DNA of 64,000 bases, from positions 1-64,000 of IMG/VR virus record IMGVR_UViG_3300045988_084534. The stretch is one strand, 5' to 3'. Source of the DNA: a virus. Of this stretch, positions 56,662-64,000 are shown piece by piece. A program made the position numbers and the translations under genes. The notes beneath the pieces are model-generated. The model saw nothing but the letters and a program-made list of their open reading frames with translations, did no database searches and had not been told where the DNA came from. How positions within the stretch are numbered: position 1 is the first letter of the stretch; each line of letters starts with the position of its first letter.

Positions 56662-57018
56662 ATGATAATCAGAGAACACTACAAAACGCGCAGTGACGGC
56701 GTGGAGCTGTATAGGACGTATTCGGACGCAGGTTATCTCATCCGGCAGGTGGAAACCGGCGCGGAATACTCCGAGGCGATTGATATTGCGGACGCGCCAT
56801 ATACCTACACGGAAACGGACAAGCCGGATGTGAGCGGCATTGAGCCGATCCCCGCAGAGCGCGGCATGGAGTACACCTATGGGCAGTATTACGCCGACCC
56901 GGAGGACGGCGCGCTGTACCTCTGCGGAGTGCCCGGACAGGAGAGCACAGGGACGGTCGTGCTGGACTATCTGCCGCATGAGCTAGTTGGACAATATTTC
57001 GAGGCGGTGAAGCAATGA
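56662..57018 (+). CDS. hypothetical protein (118 aa), GC-rich island
   Basis: ORF track; adjacent ATG; same high-GC composition as 55252..56661. Confidence 0.55.
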   Translation: MIIREHYKTRSDGVELYRTYSDAGYLIRQVETGAEYSEAIDIADAPYTYTETDKPDVSGIEPIPAERGMEYTYGQYYADPEDGALYLCGVPGQESTGTVVLDYLPHELVGQYFEAVKQ

Positions 57019-57488
57019 ATATACTTGGAGTAAACGGAAAGCCTGTTGTGGTGGGCGGTAAGGTCATTTTGCCGCCGAGTGGCGTGGACGTGAGATTGAA
57101 TGCTATTACACCTGAAAGATACCAGTATGTTGAAGATGAGAATAAAGCCACTTTAGATTTGAGTGGATTGATTACGGGCAACTATTTTATATGCTTTTTT
57201 AGTTTTGAAGGAATACAAAGAATCAATGGGAAATCCGTGGAAATCACTATTTCATTTCAATCTATGGGTTCTAATTTTATGGGTGGCGCTATTCGTGGAA
57301 CAGGTGTGTTTTTCTATCGTGATGGTTCTAATGGAGCTGCATCGATAAACGCTTACTTGGAAAGCGGCAGCGATCATGTTTATGATATTTCTAACGACTT
57401 TACAACGTTGTTAGATTCTGAAGGTTATATCATGGCAAATTGTAGGATAGATCAAGTGAATGCTTCTTATGTAGTCAGTTGGAACTAA
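57015..57488 (+). CDS. hypothetical protein (157 aa)
   Basis: ATGA coupling. Composition returns to AT-rich. Confidence 0.55.
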   Translation: MNILGVNGKPVVVGGKVILPPSGVDVRLNAITPERYQYVEDENKATLDLSGLITGNYFICFFSFEGIQRINGKSVEITISFQSMGSNFMGGAIRGTGVFFYRDGSNGAASINAYLESGSDHVYDISNDFTTLLDSEGYIMANCRIDQVNASYVVSWN

Positions 57489-57512
57489 TAGTGGAGAGGA
57501 AGGTAATATAAT

Positions 57513-57836
57513 ATGTCTACAACACAAATTATTAACATTATTGTAGCAGTTCTTAGTGGACTAGCGGCTTGTATTCCACTAGTAGTTAAGCTAGTAGAAT
57601 ATGTAAAGAAAGCCACCCAAGAAAAGAATTGGGCTGGGCTACTTGGACTAGTTATGAAGTTAATTGCTCAAGCAGAGCAGAAATTTACTGATGGCGCGAC
57701 CCGTAAAGAATGGGTTATGGCTATGGTTCAGACAAGCGCAGAATATGTAAATTATCCATTAGATACTCAAGCTCTAAGCAATATGATTGATGAGCTAGTC
57801 AAGTTGACCAACAAAGTTAATGTTGACAAGAAATGA
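57513..57836 (+). CDS. holin, LL-H-like
   Basis: N-terminal hydrophobic stretch IINIIVAVLSGLAACIPLVV, then ..KLIAQAEQKF.DG..RKEWV.., resembling LL-H family holins. Confidence 0.55.
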   Translation: MSTTQIINIIVAVLSGLAACIPLVVKLVEYVKKATQEKNWAGLLGLVMKLIAQAEQKFTDGATRKEWVMAMVQTSAEYVNYPLDTQALSNMIDELVKLTNKVNVDKK

Positions 57837-58087
57837 GTAAATTAAATTATAAGCGAAAATGGCAAAAAGGGCAGATGGCTCGGACGTTAGTAATATACTG
57901 CGTCCGAGCTATTACCTTAGTGGCAGTATGGGCAGTAGCCGTCAAAACATATGCCGTCATTAGATATGGCGCAACGGATATTAGCGACGTGCTGATTTAT
58001 GTTGCATCGGCATTTGGCGGAGAATTGCTCTTACTAGCTTTTAAGCGCGTATTTGCCAAAAAGAATGAAAATACAGATATAGAATAG
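57833..58087 (+). CDS. two-TM small membrane protein (holin/antiholin candidate)
   Basis: Two hydrophobic segments; ATGA coupling to the holin-like gene. Confidence 0.5.
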   Translation: MSKLNYKRKWQKGQMARTLVIYCVRAITLVAVWAVAVKTYAVIRYGATDISDVLIYVASAFGGELLLLAFKRVFAKKNENTDIE

Positions 58088-58099
58088 AAAGGATAATGT

Positions 58100-58288
58100 A
58101 TGATAACCCTATATCGCCCAGCAGGATATGATAATCCAAGAGCGCCAGAATTTATAGGACGCTCTATTGATACTAAACCAACTGATGTAGAAAACGGCGC
58201 AAGCTACATTGAACTAGATACTGGACGCGTATACCGTTATGACAAGGAAAACAACTTATGGATTGAGGGAAAGGAACAGCGCCAATGA
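58100..58288 (+). CDS. 62-aa protein paralogous to the N-terminus of the next fibre gene
   Basis: MITLYRPAGYD..NGASYIELDTGRVYRY..NLWIE versus MITLTRPAYYD..NGDEYYEIDTAKFFRY..HEWIE. Confidence 0.55.
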   Translation: MITLYRPAGYDNPRAPEFIGRSIDTKPTDVENGASYIELDTGRVYRYDKENNLWIEGKEQRQ

Positions 58289-60177
58289 TTACATTAACCA
58301 GACCGGCTTATTACGACAAGTATAGATATGCCCAATATTGTGGATTAGAGAAAGATGACAAATCAACAATATCAGCAAACAATGGCGACGAATATTATGA
58401 AATAGATACGGCTAAATTTTTTAGATATAATGAAACAAGCCATGAATGGATAGAGCAACCAAGTGATGCCGCACCTATTGATACTGGTTTGCCGCCTATG
58501 ACCAGTGAGACAGTAGGGCATTTTCTTAGTAATGATGGTTCTGTGACAAAATGGCAACCAATAGCATCTAAGAATTTTGTGATTGGGCTTACTGAACACG
58601 TTGACAATGGTACATATACTGCGGATAAGACATGGGTCGAAATTAAGACGGCTTATGATGAATTACAGAATATAGTCATTAGGCATGATAGTGCAGAAAT
58701 GCCATTGATGAACGTGCAACTAGCAAATAATGGCGATGCGACATTCTTATTTGGTCATGTTGAGATACAAACTGGCGGTCAGCGCATTGTGACACGAGGC
58801 ATTCAATATAGTCATATAGGCGCAACAGATACATGGAGCGACTATGATATGGAGGCTGATTTATCTGAATATCTGCCATTAGCTGGCGGCAATATGCAAG
58901 GCGCATTGACTTTGGCTGGCGCTCCAACAGAAGATAATCATGCCGCAAATAAAGAATATGTGGATAAGCGCAATCTTGAAGTAAAGTTCACACAAGACGC
59001 CACTGCTGGTATTACTACACCTACTGAAATTCGTGAAATTACACAAGCGGTTATAAATAATCGTACTGTTACGGCTACTCTTGATGGTGATACATATATG
59101 CTCATGTCGGCATCTGCGGCTGATGCTTCATTTGTTAGAACTGAGGGCAATACAGTAAGCGTATTAAGATATAATATAGATGATGCTGGTTGGGCAAAAG
59201 AACAAACCACCCTGTTAGATACAAAGGGTGGCACAATGACTGGCAATATTGATATGGCGGCACATAGTATTATCAATGTGCAGAAAATTCATATTGACGG
59301 GCAAGCTAATTTGTATCTTGGCTCTGTTGCTGAAAAGGCTGGAACAACCGGCGCTCGTTTGACAGGAGCGATAAGTGGTGGTGCGGCATTCGTTAAGCCA
59401 GACAAGCAATCTGAGTATGTGCCTGTATCAGTTGGCGCACCAACTGCATCTGAGCACGCTGTCAACTTAGGGCATTTAACACAGCCACTATTAGCAGATG
59501 CGCCAGCTTCAGACGAATGTATATCCAACAAGAAATATGTTGATGACCAAGTGGCTACAAGAGTTCCATTAGTAACAGCCAATCAAGGTCAAATTAAGGC
59601 GTATGTGCAAAATGGCACTAAGCCTGATGTATGCCTAGTATCAGATGGTGGAACGGCTCTGTGTATTGCTCGATATACAGCCAAAGGACACCTGATTGAC
59701 CAGACTGCACCCACAGAGAACAATCACTTGACTAATAAGCAGTATGTAGACACAAAGGTGGCTCAGACAGGTGGTAACATATCTGGCGACTTAATGATTG
59801 GCGGTTCATTAACAATCAACGGAATTGGCTCAATGATGGGTACGCCCACACAGAATGTTGACATTGTGAATAAGGGCTACTTAGATTCATCTATAAGTGA
59901 TGTTATAAGAAAATCTAGCGTTACGGTAGGCGCAAATTCTAGTGTAAATGTTCCTTTGTCAAACGGCGCATATTTACTTACTGTATCAGATGATATGCAC
60001 GGTGGTCTAGTATTTGTATCTGTTTATCCTTCAGGCGAAACAATAAATGGTCTAGTTAATTTGAATAATTGGAAATGTGAAAGAATTAGTAGTGGTAGTG
60101 GCGTGACGTTGACAAATAGCGCCACATCCGATATGACGGTATATATTACCTCTATTGGAGAAGGAACATATAGATGA
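58285..60177 (+). CDS. tail fibre protein
   Basis: Repeated LxLxGGxMxGxL and ..H..NK.YVD motifs (at least 4 copies), typical of phage fibres. Confidence 0.65.
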   Translation: MITLTRPAYYDKYRYAQYCGLEKDDKSTISANNGDEYYEIDTAKFFRYNETSHEWIEQPSDAAPIDTGLPPMTSETVGHFLSNDGSVTKWQPIASKNFVIGLTEHVDNGTYTADKTWVEIKTAYDELQNIVIRHDSAEMPLMNVQLANNGDATFLFGHVEIQTGGQRIVTRGIQYSHIGATDTWSDYDMEADLSEYLPLAGGNMQGALTLAGAPTEDNHAANKEYVDKRNLEVKFTQDATAGITTPTEIREITQAVINNRTVTATLDGDTYMLMSASAADASFVRTEGNTVSVLRYNIDDAGWAKEQTTLLDTKGGTMTGNIDMAAHSIINVQKIHIDGQANLYLGSVAEKAGTTGARLTGAISGGAAFVKPDKQSEYVPVSVGAPTASEHAVNLGHLTQPLLADAPASDECISNKKYVDDQVATRVPLVTANQGQIKAYVQNGTKPDVCLVSDGGTALCIARYTAKGHLIDQTAPTENNHLTNKQYVDTKVAQTGGNISGDLMIGGSLTINGIGSMMGTPTQNVDIVNKGYLDSSISDVIRKSSVTVGANSSVNVPLSNGAYLLTVSDDMHGGLVFVSVYPSGETINGLVNLNNWKCERISSGSGVTLTNSATSDMTVYITSIGEGTYR

Positions 60178-60192
60178 AAGGAATGATTGAAT

Positions 60193-60723
60193 ATGGCTAA
60201 TTTTTGTGGTGGCATTCGCTTAGGCGATGGACTCAAGATTATTAACGGGGTGATTTGTGATGCAAATGCAACAACTGTTGATAGAAGTAAAGCAGTATCT
60301 ACTTGCGGTCAACTCTGGGATGGCGCATTATTTACCGTGGTTAAAGTTGGCGGCGCTGGTTATATCACTCTACATGGTTCGGAAGGCGAAGAAATTGGTG
60401 CGCCTATTGTGGGTCGTGGGAATTGCGGCGTTGGTCTTGATGGACGTTTTTTCAAGGTAGTAAAGGGCGCTGTTACGCTACAAGAGGGCTTCCTACTTAC
60501 TGTTGATGTAACACCAAAGGATGCTATTATCACCGTGACTGATGTTGATGGTGAAGTGATTGACCCAGTTAGTGGCAATGCCAAGCAATTCTTACTAAAG
60601 GGCATTGGCGACACATATACTGTTACAGCTACTAGAGAAGGATATACTACTGAAGCCAAACAAGTCAAGAATACAGGCGACCAGACGTTTACTATTGTAA
60701 TGAAAGAAGCTACTGGCGACTAA
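60193..60723 (+). CDS. protein with C-terminal PEGA/CarboxypepD_reg-like beta-sandwich
   Basis: LLTVDVTPKDAIITVTDVDGEVI..YTVTATREGYTTEAKQV. ATG 60193 is preferred over TTG 60187. Confidence 0.5.
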   Translation: MANFCGGIRLGDGLKIINGVICDANATTVDRSKAVSTCGQLWDGALFTVVKVGGAGYITLHGSEGEEIGAPIVGRGNCGVGLDGRFFKVVKGAVTLQEGFLLTVDVTPKDAIITVTDVDGEVIDPVSGNAKQFLLKGIGDTYTVTATREGYTTEAKQVKNTGDQTFTIVMKEATGD

Positions 60724-60733
60724 TATAAATTTA

Positions 60734-60783
60734 TAGGGAACATGAAATAGATAATTATATCTACCATGTTCCCTATTTTTTTT
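60734..60783. terminator. bidirectional terminator between convergent late and leftward genes
   Basis: tagggaacatg / catgttcccta form an 11-bp stem, followed by tttttttt. Confidence 0.8.
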
Positions 60784-60974
60784 CACTGCCTATCTCTTAG
60801 CCCTTGCTCATATCCAGATTCATATGCGGCATCAGCATTCCTAGCATCCTTATTGTGTTTATTGGCAATAAGCTCCAATAGATTACCAGTCGTGCCATCT
60901 TGGGTCATATAGATAGTATCGCCCCATTCATCATCTAGCTCATACCAATCACCGATTCTTCTAAATTTCCACAT
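60783..60974 (-). CDS. hypothetical protein (63 aa)
   Basis: ORF track; RBS gaggatga. Confidence 0.55.
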   Translation of the reverse strand: MWKFRRIGDWYELDDEWGDTIYMTQDGTTGNLLELIANKHNKDARNADAAYESGYEQGLRDRQ

Positions 60975-60976
60975 TA

Positions 60977-61207
60977 CTAATCATCCTCTTCATCCATTTC
61001 ATCATAGGCTGTCATATATCCTATGTCATATCCCATACCATAATTATCTACACAAATAGTCAATAAATCATACCACATAGCAACTGTATCTTCTGTTGTT
61101 GTCATAGACGTTTCGATAATAGGCTCATCATGTGGGTTGGTCAGGTCAATAAGTTCAATCCATGAGTCATTATCCGTGATATGTAGAGTAGGGATAATCA
61201 TAATCAA
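60977..61207 (-). CDS. hypothetical acidic protein
   Basis: ORF track. Start uncertain (TTG 61207 or ATG 61201). Confidence 0.5.
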   Translation of the reverse strand: MIMIIPTLHITDNDSWIELIDLTNPHDEPIIETSMTTTEDTVAMWYDLLTICVDNYGMGYDIGYMTAYDEMDEEDD

Positions 61208-61662
61208 GTACCAGTAGAGCCAAAGCCGTTTGAGCCGCGCTCAGTAGAATCTAGCTCATCTACTTCAATGATTTCTATATCATAATAATTTAGTAGAGTA
61301 AATTGGGCGATTCTATCACCTTGACGGACAATTCGTGGCGTATCGCTATCATTATATAGAGGCACTAGCCATTCGCCTGTATACTGCTCATCAATCACGG
61401 CTACACAGTTAGCTGGTCTTAGCCCCTGTTTAGTAGCAAGCCCAGAGCGGGCAAATACAGCCGCCCAATAGCCATGAGGGATATTAGTGGCAAATCCGGC
61501 TGGGATTTTTACTGTACTATGAGGCTCAATGACCACTGTATCAAAATACATAGATTGAACATCGGCATAAATATCGAAGCAAGCATCTGTGGGATGACTT
61601 TTTTGTGGTAGTTTGGCGGTATTTGATAGTCGCTTAATTTTTAATTCAAGCATTGGCATCAT
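61204..61662 (-). CDS. dut: dUTP diphosphatase (trimeric dUTPase)
   Basis: DACFDIYA, FARSGLA, GDRIAQ and ERGSNGFGSTG are the canonical dUTPase motifs. The start could be 61659 or 61653. Confidence 0.85.
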   Translation of the reverse strand: MMPMLELKIKRLSNTAKLPQKSHPTDACFDIYADVQSMYFDTVVIEPHSTVKIPAGFATNIPHGYWAAVFARSGLATKQGLRPANCVAVIDEQYTGEWLVPLYNDSDTPRIVRQGDRIAQFTLLNYYDIEIIEVDELDSTERGSNGFGSTGT

Positions 61663-62263
61663 ATCCTCTCTGTGTCAATTCCATGAACATTGGTAATTTT
61701 TCAATTGCATCACATAGACAAGCCCAGTCAGGTAGGGCATGATTGCGGCGCTGTTGATAAATTGTCTTGAGTTGTCTATAATTAGTGGTCATTGCAGCTG
61801 TAAGCTCAAAACCGCTGGGAATATTATATAGCATTTCAAGCCGCGCCTCTTTAATCATATCATCAAAGACAGAAATGCCCATTTTCTTTAGTTTAACAAG
61901 TCGATTATATTCAGCAATCTTTTCATTTAGAATATCAATAGCTCTAGGGTCTACATAGCGATTACACTGCATTCTTGGGTTCATATTTTGAAGTTTGTGC
62001 ATTGTAGAGCATGAAGATACAAAATCTAACCAGTGGTAGCGCTCAAATTCGACCCATGCTTTCTCGCTAATTGTTAGGTCAAACTGGACAATAATACCAG
62101 TCAAGAATTGGTCATGTCCAGTACCAGTAGGGCAAGTAGAGCAAGCCTTAATGCCATCTGTGAGGTCGGCGGTCAAGCCGTCAAGCTCAACCGCCTTTGG
62201 ATACTTAGCCGCCCTAATCGCCTCATCTAGTCCATATACACGAACATTAGATACATTAGGCAA
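61646..62263 (-). CDS. ThyX-fold-like protein with degenerate active-site motif (function uncertain)
   Basis: TGHDQFL..VQFDLTISEKAWVEFERYHWLDFVSSCS aligns by eye to ThyX GHES..F.I.GVSR....Q..RHR..S....S.R, but RHR is RYH here. Confidence 0.3.
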   Translation of the reverse strand: MPNVSNVRVYGLDEAIRAAKYPKAVELDGLTADLTDGIKACSTCPTGTGHDQFLTGIIVQFDLTISEKAWVEFERYHWLDFVSSCSTMHKLQNMNPRMQCNRYVDPRAIDILNEKIAEYNRLVKLKKMGISVFDDMIKEARLEMLYNIPSGFELTAAMTTNYRQLKTIYQQRRNHALPDWACLCDAIEKLPMFMELTQRGYDANA

Positions 62264-62539
62264 TTAGTAGTCCTCCTCCTCCATGATTTCATCGGTCACA
62301 TCCACTACTTCAACATCGACAAGTGTCAGATTTGACCCATCTTCAATCATATCGTATGTAACACGCACTACCTCACAGCACATCTCTGGCATATCAGTGT
62401 CGTCATGTTCATTGGTCGGTAGCCACACATATTCGCCAACACGCGGAATAATCATACGGGCGGCATGGGTGTATTCAAATGTATGCTCAGGACGGCACTC
62501 CACTGAGCCGTCAACAAAATATCTTAGCTTAAATGTCAT
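62264..62539 (-). CDS. hypothetical acidic protein (91 aa)
   Basis: ORF track 62264..62590; the internal ATG follows GGGAGG. Confidence 0.55.
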   Translation of the reverse strand: MTFKLRYFVDGSVECRPEHTFEYTHAARMIIPRVGEYVWLPTNEHDDTDMPEMCCEVVRVTYDMIEDGSNLTLVDVEVVDVTDEIMEEEDY

Positions 62540-62543
62540 ATTT

Positions 62544-62768
62544 TTAATCCTCCCAATTATATGGCTTGCAGAAATAGCTAATCTCATCACCTGAGATATA
62601 TTTCTGCATAATCACATACATCTCTCTATCTTCATCTTTGCCATCTAGTGGTAGCCACACTAGGTCGCCTTTGCACGGTTCTGACATAAAGTCAAATTCA
62701 TCACATGAGCAAATCCAGTCCTCATTGCCTGGCTTACCTAGATAAAAATTGATACGATTTTCTGTCAT
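62544..62768 (-). CDS. hypothetical protein (74 aa)
   Basis: ORF track; RBS gggaagg. Confidence 0.6.
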   Translation of the reverse strand: MTENRINFYLGKPGNEDWICSCDEFDFMSEPCKGDLVWLPLDGKDEDREMYVIMQKYISGDEISYFCKPYNWED

Positions 62769-62784
62769 TTTAGTTTACCTTCCC

Positions 62785-63201
62785 TTATTCACATTTTGTC
62801 CAGCCACATGACTTACAAATTTTGCAACCGCCCTCAAACATAACGGGTTCACCGCATTCAGGGCATACCTCTGTTGAAATTGTGGCTAGTGCATTGCTCA
62901 ACTTTTTAATGCTGTCTGTTGCTTTATTAGTAGCCTCTCTTAGATTCTTAGTCACATTAACCACATCATCCTCTTTATCATCTAGTTCACTCTGCATCTC
63001 ATTATACATATCTACTAGAGCATTACCAATAGCCATAGGACAACAAGACCCCTTACTGGTATCATGGTGAGTTGCCTTGCGAGTAGCATAAGATGGGCAT
63101 ACACCAGTTGAATCAAGCTGGTCTTTGATGGTCATAATATCCACACCAGCGCGGCATAGTAGACTGACCATGCGGCTTAGACCTGTCATGAAATTTGCAC
63201 A
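62785..63201 (-). CDS. nrdJ: ribonucleotide reductase (class II, NrdJ-like) C-extein
   Basis: Starts at Cys+1 after the intein. GLSRMVSLLCRAGVD..QL plus the C-terminal CPECGEPVMFEGGCKICKSCGWTKCE tail is as in B12-dependent RNRs (from memory). Confidence 0.5.
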   Translation of the reverse strand, partial: CANFMTGLSRMVSLLCRAGVDIMTIKDQLDSTGVCPSYATRKATHHDTSKGSCCPMAIGNALVDMYNEMQSELDDKEDDVVNVTKNLREATNKATDSIKKLSNALATISTEVCPECGEPVMFEGGCKICKSCGWTKCE

Positions 63202-64000
63202 ATTTCCAGTAATAAAGATTTTACCATTACGACGCAACACAAGCAAACCGCTTGGAACTGTAAAACAATAAGATTTGCCGTCGATTGGTTTATAATCTTC
63301 AATAGTTGCAGTTGATAAGCCATGTACGTTTTGGGTTGTCCAACGCACTCTATAACTATCTTGAATATTTTGTGTTCCGTTGTTCAATGAAATTGTAGCT
63401 CTAAAACCAAGCCTTGTCAATGCAAACTGGATAAAATCAGCTTCGTGCTTTTTTGACGTATAATAAGAACCAAGTCGGTTTCCTTCGCCAACAGAGCCAT
63501 CCCAATATACACACTCATCCACAATACATTTTAATTGCTCATCATTACAAGCATACCATTTTGGTGTAAATTGCTTGTCAATAAACCATTGTTTAACACT
63601 TGGAATTGGATGAATATAAAACACGGTATATTCGGTATTGTTGATGTTTTTTTCAGTCCATCCAATATCACAATTTGTTAGTAGTTGACGAATACGAATT
63701 TTCTTTCTATCTTTTTTTACGTTAATAACAATTTTATTTCCATCAAATGTACCATCCGCATAAATTGCAACAAGTAGTCTAATTATCTCATTACTAAGCG
63801 GAATACCATTTGTATTCATAGAGAAGGTGGTTGGAATATGACGATTTTTAGAACCAGCCATGAAATCTTTTACAGTAATAATTTCATGGGTTAATTTGCT
63901 TCTAATTCCAGACATATATTTTGCATAATTTTTATACAAATACATTCTATGATCTTCTGAAAGAACCATATCCAATCCAGTTGTATTGTGGAAATATTTC
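63202..64000 (-). mobile_element. intein with LAGLIDADG homing endonuclease (N-terminal part outside the window)
   Basis: LLVAIYADGTF and CVYWDGSVG dodecapeptide motifs. C-terminal ..LVLRRNGKIFITGN|C junction. The ORF is open to the window edge. Confidence 0.7.

Noticed and set aside
55468-57181. Cluster of overlapping 60-209-aa ORFs on both strands (e.g. 56350-56979 minus, 55785-56153 minus, 56738-57181 minus)
   Set aside because: These are shadow ORFs caused by the high G+C of this island. They are Arg/Pro/Ala-rich, lack RBSs, and overlap the well-supported LRR gene and the 118-aa gene.
1-64000. Lysogeny module (integrase, CI-like repressor, attP)
   Set aside because: No integrase-type or repressor motifs were recognised anywhere in the window. 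The lifestyle cannot be decided from this segment.

Overview
The window reads as one contiguous stretch of a tailed dsDNA phage or prophage. It looks siphovirus-like: no sheath gene is visible and the spliced tape measure is about 1560 aa. Expression signals are of the low-GC Gram-positive (Bacillota) type, with AGGAGG-type RBSs, TTGACA-N17-TGnTATAAT promoters and many ATGA/TGATG coupled junctions. Layout: (i) Leftward early genes at 108-8980 encode small Zn-ribbon proteins, a Lar-like protein, dCMP deaminase, a DUF3310 protein, and free-standing GIY-YIG and T5orf172 nucleases. This string is interrupted by a rightward two-gene HNH cassette (about 2.5-4.45 kb) bounded by two copies of the same hairpin, and by a roughly 1 kb AT-rich ORF-free region (1.56-2.5 kb). 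(ii) A divergent control region lies at 8.98-9.31 kb. (iii) Rightward middle genes encode a YonO/QDE-1-like single-subunit RNA polymerase, two HU-like proteins and a metallophosphatase. (iv) A promoter-driven, ORF-free, hairpin-dense region of about 1 kb (17.05-18.06 kb) is a candidate large ncRNA. (v) Packaging, head, tail, fibre and lysis genes occupy 18.1-60.7 kb. (vi) Convergent leftward nucleotide-metabolism genes at 60.8-64.0 kb include dUTPase, a ThyX-like protein and the 3' part of an intein-containing class II-like RNR that runs off the window. The most striking property is the load of self-splicing and selfish elements. I infer seven group I introns (2 in the RNA polymerase, 4 in the tape measure gene, 1 in the endolysin) and one LAGLIDADG intein. 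Nine nuclease ORFs accompany them: five intron-borne or free-standing homing-type GIY-YIG/HNH genes on top of two PD-(D/E)XK-type intronic genes, one cassette HNH and one T5orf172 gene. One tape-measure intron carries a promoter-equipped 71-aa membrane-protein gene instead of a nuclease. All functional calls rest on motif recognition by eye. No database search, folding program or alignment program was run.
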